A DNA stretch of 64,000 nucleotides from an uncultured Desulfohalobiaceae bacterium (GTDB lineage Bacteria; Desulfobacterota; Desulfovibrionia; Desulfovibrionales; Desulfothermaceae), in contig CAZLUR010000001.1 of NCBI GenBank assembly GCA_964562725.1, forward strand, positions 34,301 through 98,300, read 5' to 3'. The position numbers and the translations under genes are program-made. Under the pieces are notes generated by a model. That model saw only the letters and a program-made list of their open reading frames with translations. It was not told the origin of the DNA and made no database searches. The first letter of the stretch is position 1, and each line of letters opens with the position of its first letter. Shown piece after piece: positions 59,244 to 64,000 of this stretch.

Positions 59244-60308
59244 CTATGTATTTGCCAGAGTTTTCCTGATCACTTCTGCAAAGTCAAGGATGTCTTCTTC
59301 AGTGGTATCATAATTGGTGACCAGCCTGACTTCAGATTTTCTGGAATCAAAGACATAGAAAAGGTAATGCTCCCTGATCCTGCTGATGGCCTGGGAAGGG
59401 ATGGTACAATAGACCATATTTGTCTGCACTACTCTCGTCAACTCCAGACCCGGAATTTTGGAGAGTTCGTGTTTTAGTCTAGAAGCCATATAGTTGGCAT
59501 GCCGCGCATTGCTCAGCCAGAGATCATTTGTGAATAAGGCTTCCATCTGCACAGCCAGAAAACGCATTTTGCTCGCAAGCTGCATGCCTTGTTTCCTGAT
59601 GTACTTGAAATCGTGTGCAAGTTCGGGTTTAAAGAATACCACTGCTTCAGCGCCCAACAGGCCGATCTTTGTGCCCCCCAGGGAGAGGAGATCCAGACCG
59701 GTGTCAGCGGTCATCTCTGGCAGGGAGGCCCCAAGAGCAGCACAAGCTGTATAAAGTCTGGCCCCGTCCATATGCACGTAAAGGCTGTTTTGATGAGCAA
59801 CCTTGCAGATTTGTTTGATTTCTTGGGGTGTATAGCATAGGCCAAAATCTGTGGCTTGCGTTAAAGAGACCACCTTGGGCTGGGCATGGTGTTGATCGCC
59901 ATTGTAGTCTAAAAAGGCTTCAATATCGGCAGCATTAATTTTACCAGTCCTGGAAGGTACAGTATACAGCTTTACACCGGCAAACTTTTCAGGAGCGCCA
60001 CATTCTGCCCCATTCAAGTGGGCGTTTTCTGCACAAATCACTGCCTGAAAGGAGCGGGTCAGCGCAGATAAGCAAAGGACATTCGCACCTGTACCAGTAA
60101 ACACGAAAAATGGATCGCAGGCTGTTTTGAATGTCTGTTTTAGCCTTTCAGAGGCCCTTTGGGTATAATAGTCATCACCATAGGCAAGCACATGGCCCTG
60201 ATTGGCGGACAAAATGGCCTGCATGATATCTGGATGTACTGGTGAATTGTTGTCGCTGGCAAAATGTTTTCTGGGCCTTTTGCTATGTTGGAGTCCATTA
60301 ATTTTCAT
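59244..60308 (-). CDS. ltaE: Low-specificity L-threonine aldolase (PLP-dependent beta-eliminating lyase family)
   Basis: FASDNNSPVHPDIM.A, YGDD and GTGANV, with a PLP Lys region (SLGGTKIG); 354 aa. Confidence 0.85.
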   Translation of the reverse strand: MKINGLQHSKRPRKHFASDNNSPVHPDIMQAILSANQGHVLAYGDDYYTQRASERLKQTFKTACDPFFVFTGTGANVLCLSALTRSFQAVICAENAHLNGAECGAPEKFAGVKLYTVPSRTGKINAADIEAFLDYNGDQHHAQPKVVSLTQATDFGLCYTPQEIKQICKVAHQNSLYVHMDGARLYTACAALGASLPEMTADTGLDLLSLGGTKIGLLGAEAVVFFKPELAHDFKYIRKQGMQLASKMRFLAVQMEALFTNDLWLSNARHANYMASRLKHELSKIPGLELTRVVQTNMVYCTIPSQAISRIREHYLFYVFDSRKSEVRLVTNYDTTEEDILDFAEVIRKTLANT

Positions 60309-60536
60309 GCTGTCCTCTGTAATCCTTAAGGCATGTTTCCTAGAACAGAACTATCCTTCTACACCAAGAAATAGGCATAATATATTTCACTTGGGGGTAT
60401 TTGAGGTCAGGCTTGGGGAGTTTAGGCACAGAGCAACCTGTCGTTATCGGTAACTGGTTCAGTTGCTAATAGTCAATATTAATTGGTTTGCTGCTTCGGC
60501 ACTTGTAAGTAATTTGGGAATTATAGCAGGCATAAT

Positions 60537-60568
60537 CCCCAGGGGGAAGTTGCAACTTCCCCCTGGGG
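60537..60568 (-). terminator. Perfect 32-nt palindrome 10 nt after the PFOR stop
   Basis: ccccagggggaagttg/caacttccccctgggg forms a 14-16 bp GC-rich stem. There is no U-tract on either strand. Confidence 0.5.
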
Positions 60569-60577
60569 CCGGGCGGT

Positions 60578-64000
<3,423 letters not shown>

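Overview
This is a densely coding 64-kb chromosomal segment with about 58 protein genes and 2 tRNAs. I saw no CRISPR array, transposase, integrase or phage genes. The content is mostly core housekeeping. PFOR, a predicted selenoprotein, PaaK+ACT and the gene order suggest an anaerobic, probably Desulfobacterota-like bacterium, but that is inference only.

Left to right:
- moaC (partial), dnaJ, rpoZ
- ttcA-like, dus, ispH
- rnc, rnhA, PMM/PGM
- hflKC
- Gfo-family oxidoreductase and lpxB
- A complete minus-strand transcription/translation superoperon: tRNA-Gly, rimP, nusA, ylxR, infB, DUF503, rbfA, nrnA, truB, rpsO, pnp
- nadK, mltA, gatB, mtnA, der, ilvE
- dnaX, ybaB, recR, recD2
- tRNA-Leu
- tig, clpP, clpX, lon
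- tgt, aat, ACT+paaK
- rsfS, gpmI
- Small Zn-ribbon ORF, usp, SH3/coiled-coil protein, rsmJ, Sir2 deacetylase
- A roughly 9-kb redox-flavoured stretch: CoADR/Nox-type flavoprotein, cupin, cytoplasmic molybdopterin oxidoreductase, DUF362-like ORF, OYE flavoprotein, YyaL-type thioredoxin-domain protein, small acidic ORF
- ltaE and a large nifJ-type PFOR that runs off the right edge

Main second-look items:
1. The CoADR/Nox gene carries an in-frame TGA at codon 42, exactly where this family has its catalytic Cys. It is therefore a predicted selenocysteine enzyme that the ORF caller truncated.
2. dnaJ is full length in one frame but has two in-frame stops (TAG, TAA) three codons apart, inside a 5-codon patch of the J domain.

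Lower-value items are an uncharacterised cytoplasmic Mo enzyme with a decayed-looking DUF362 neighbour, several long perfect or near-perfect inverted repeats in intergenic regions, and a 13-nt repeated palindromic motif in the paaK/rsfS divergent region. I did not find a convincing multi-gene novel system such as a defence island in this window.
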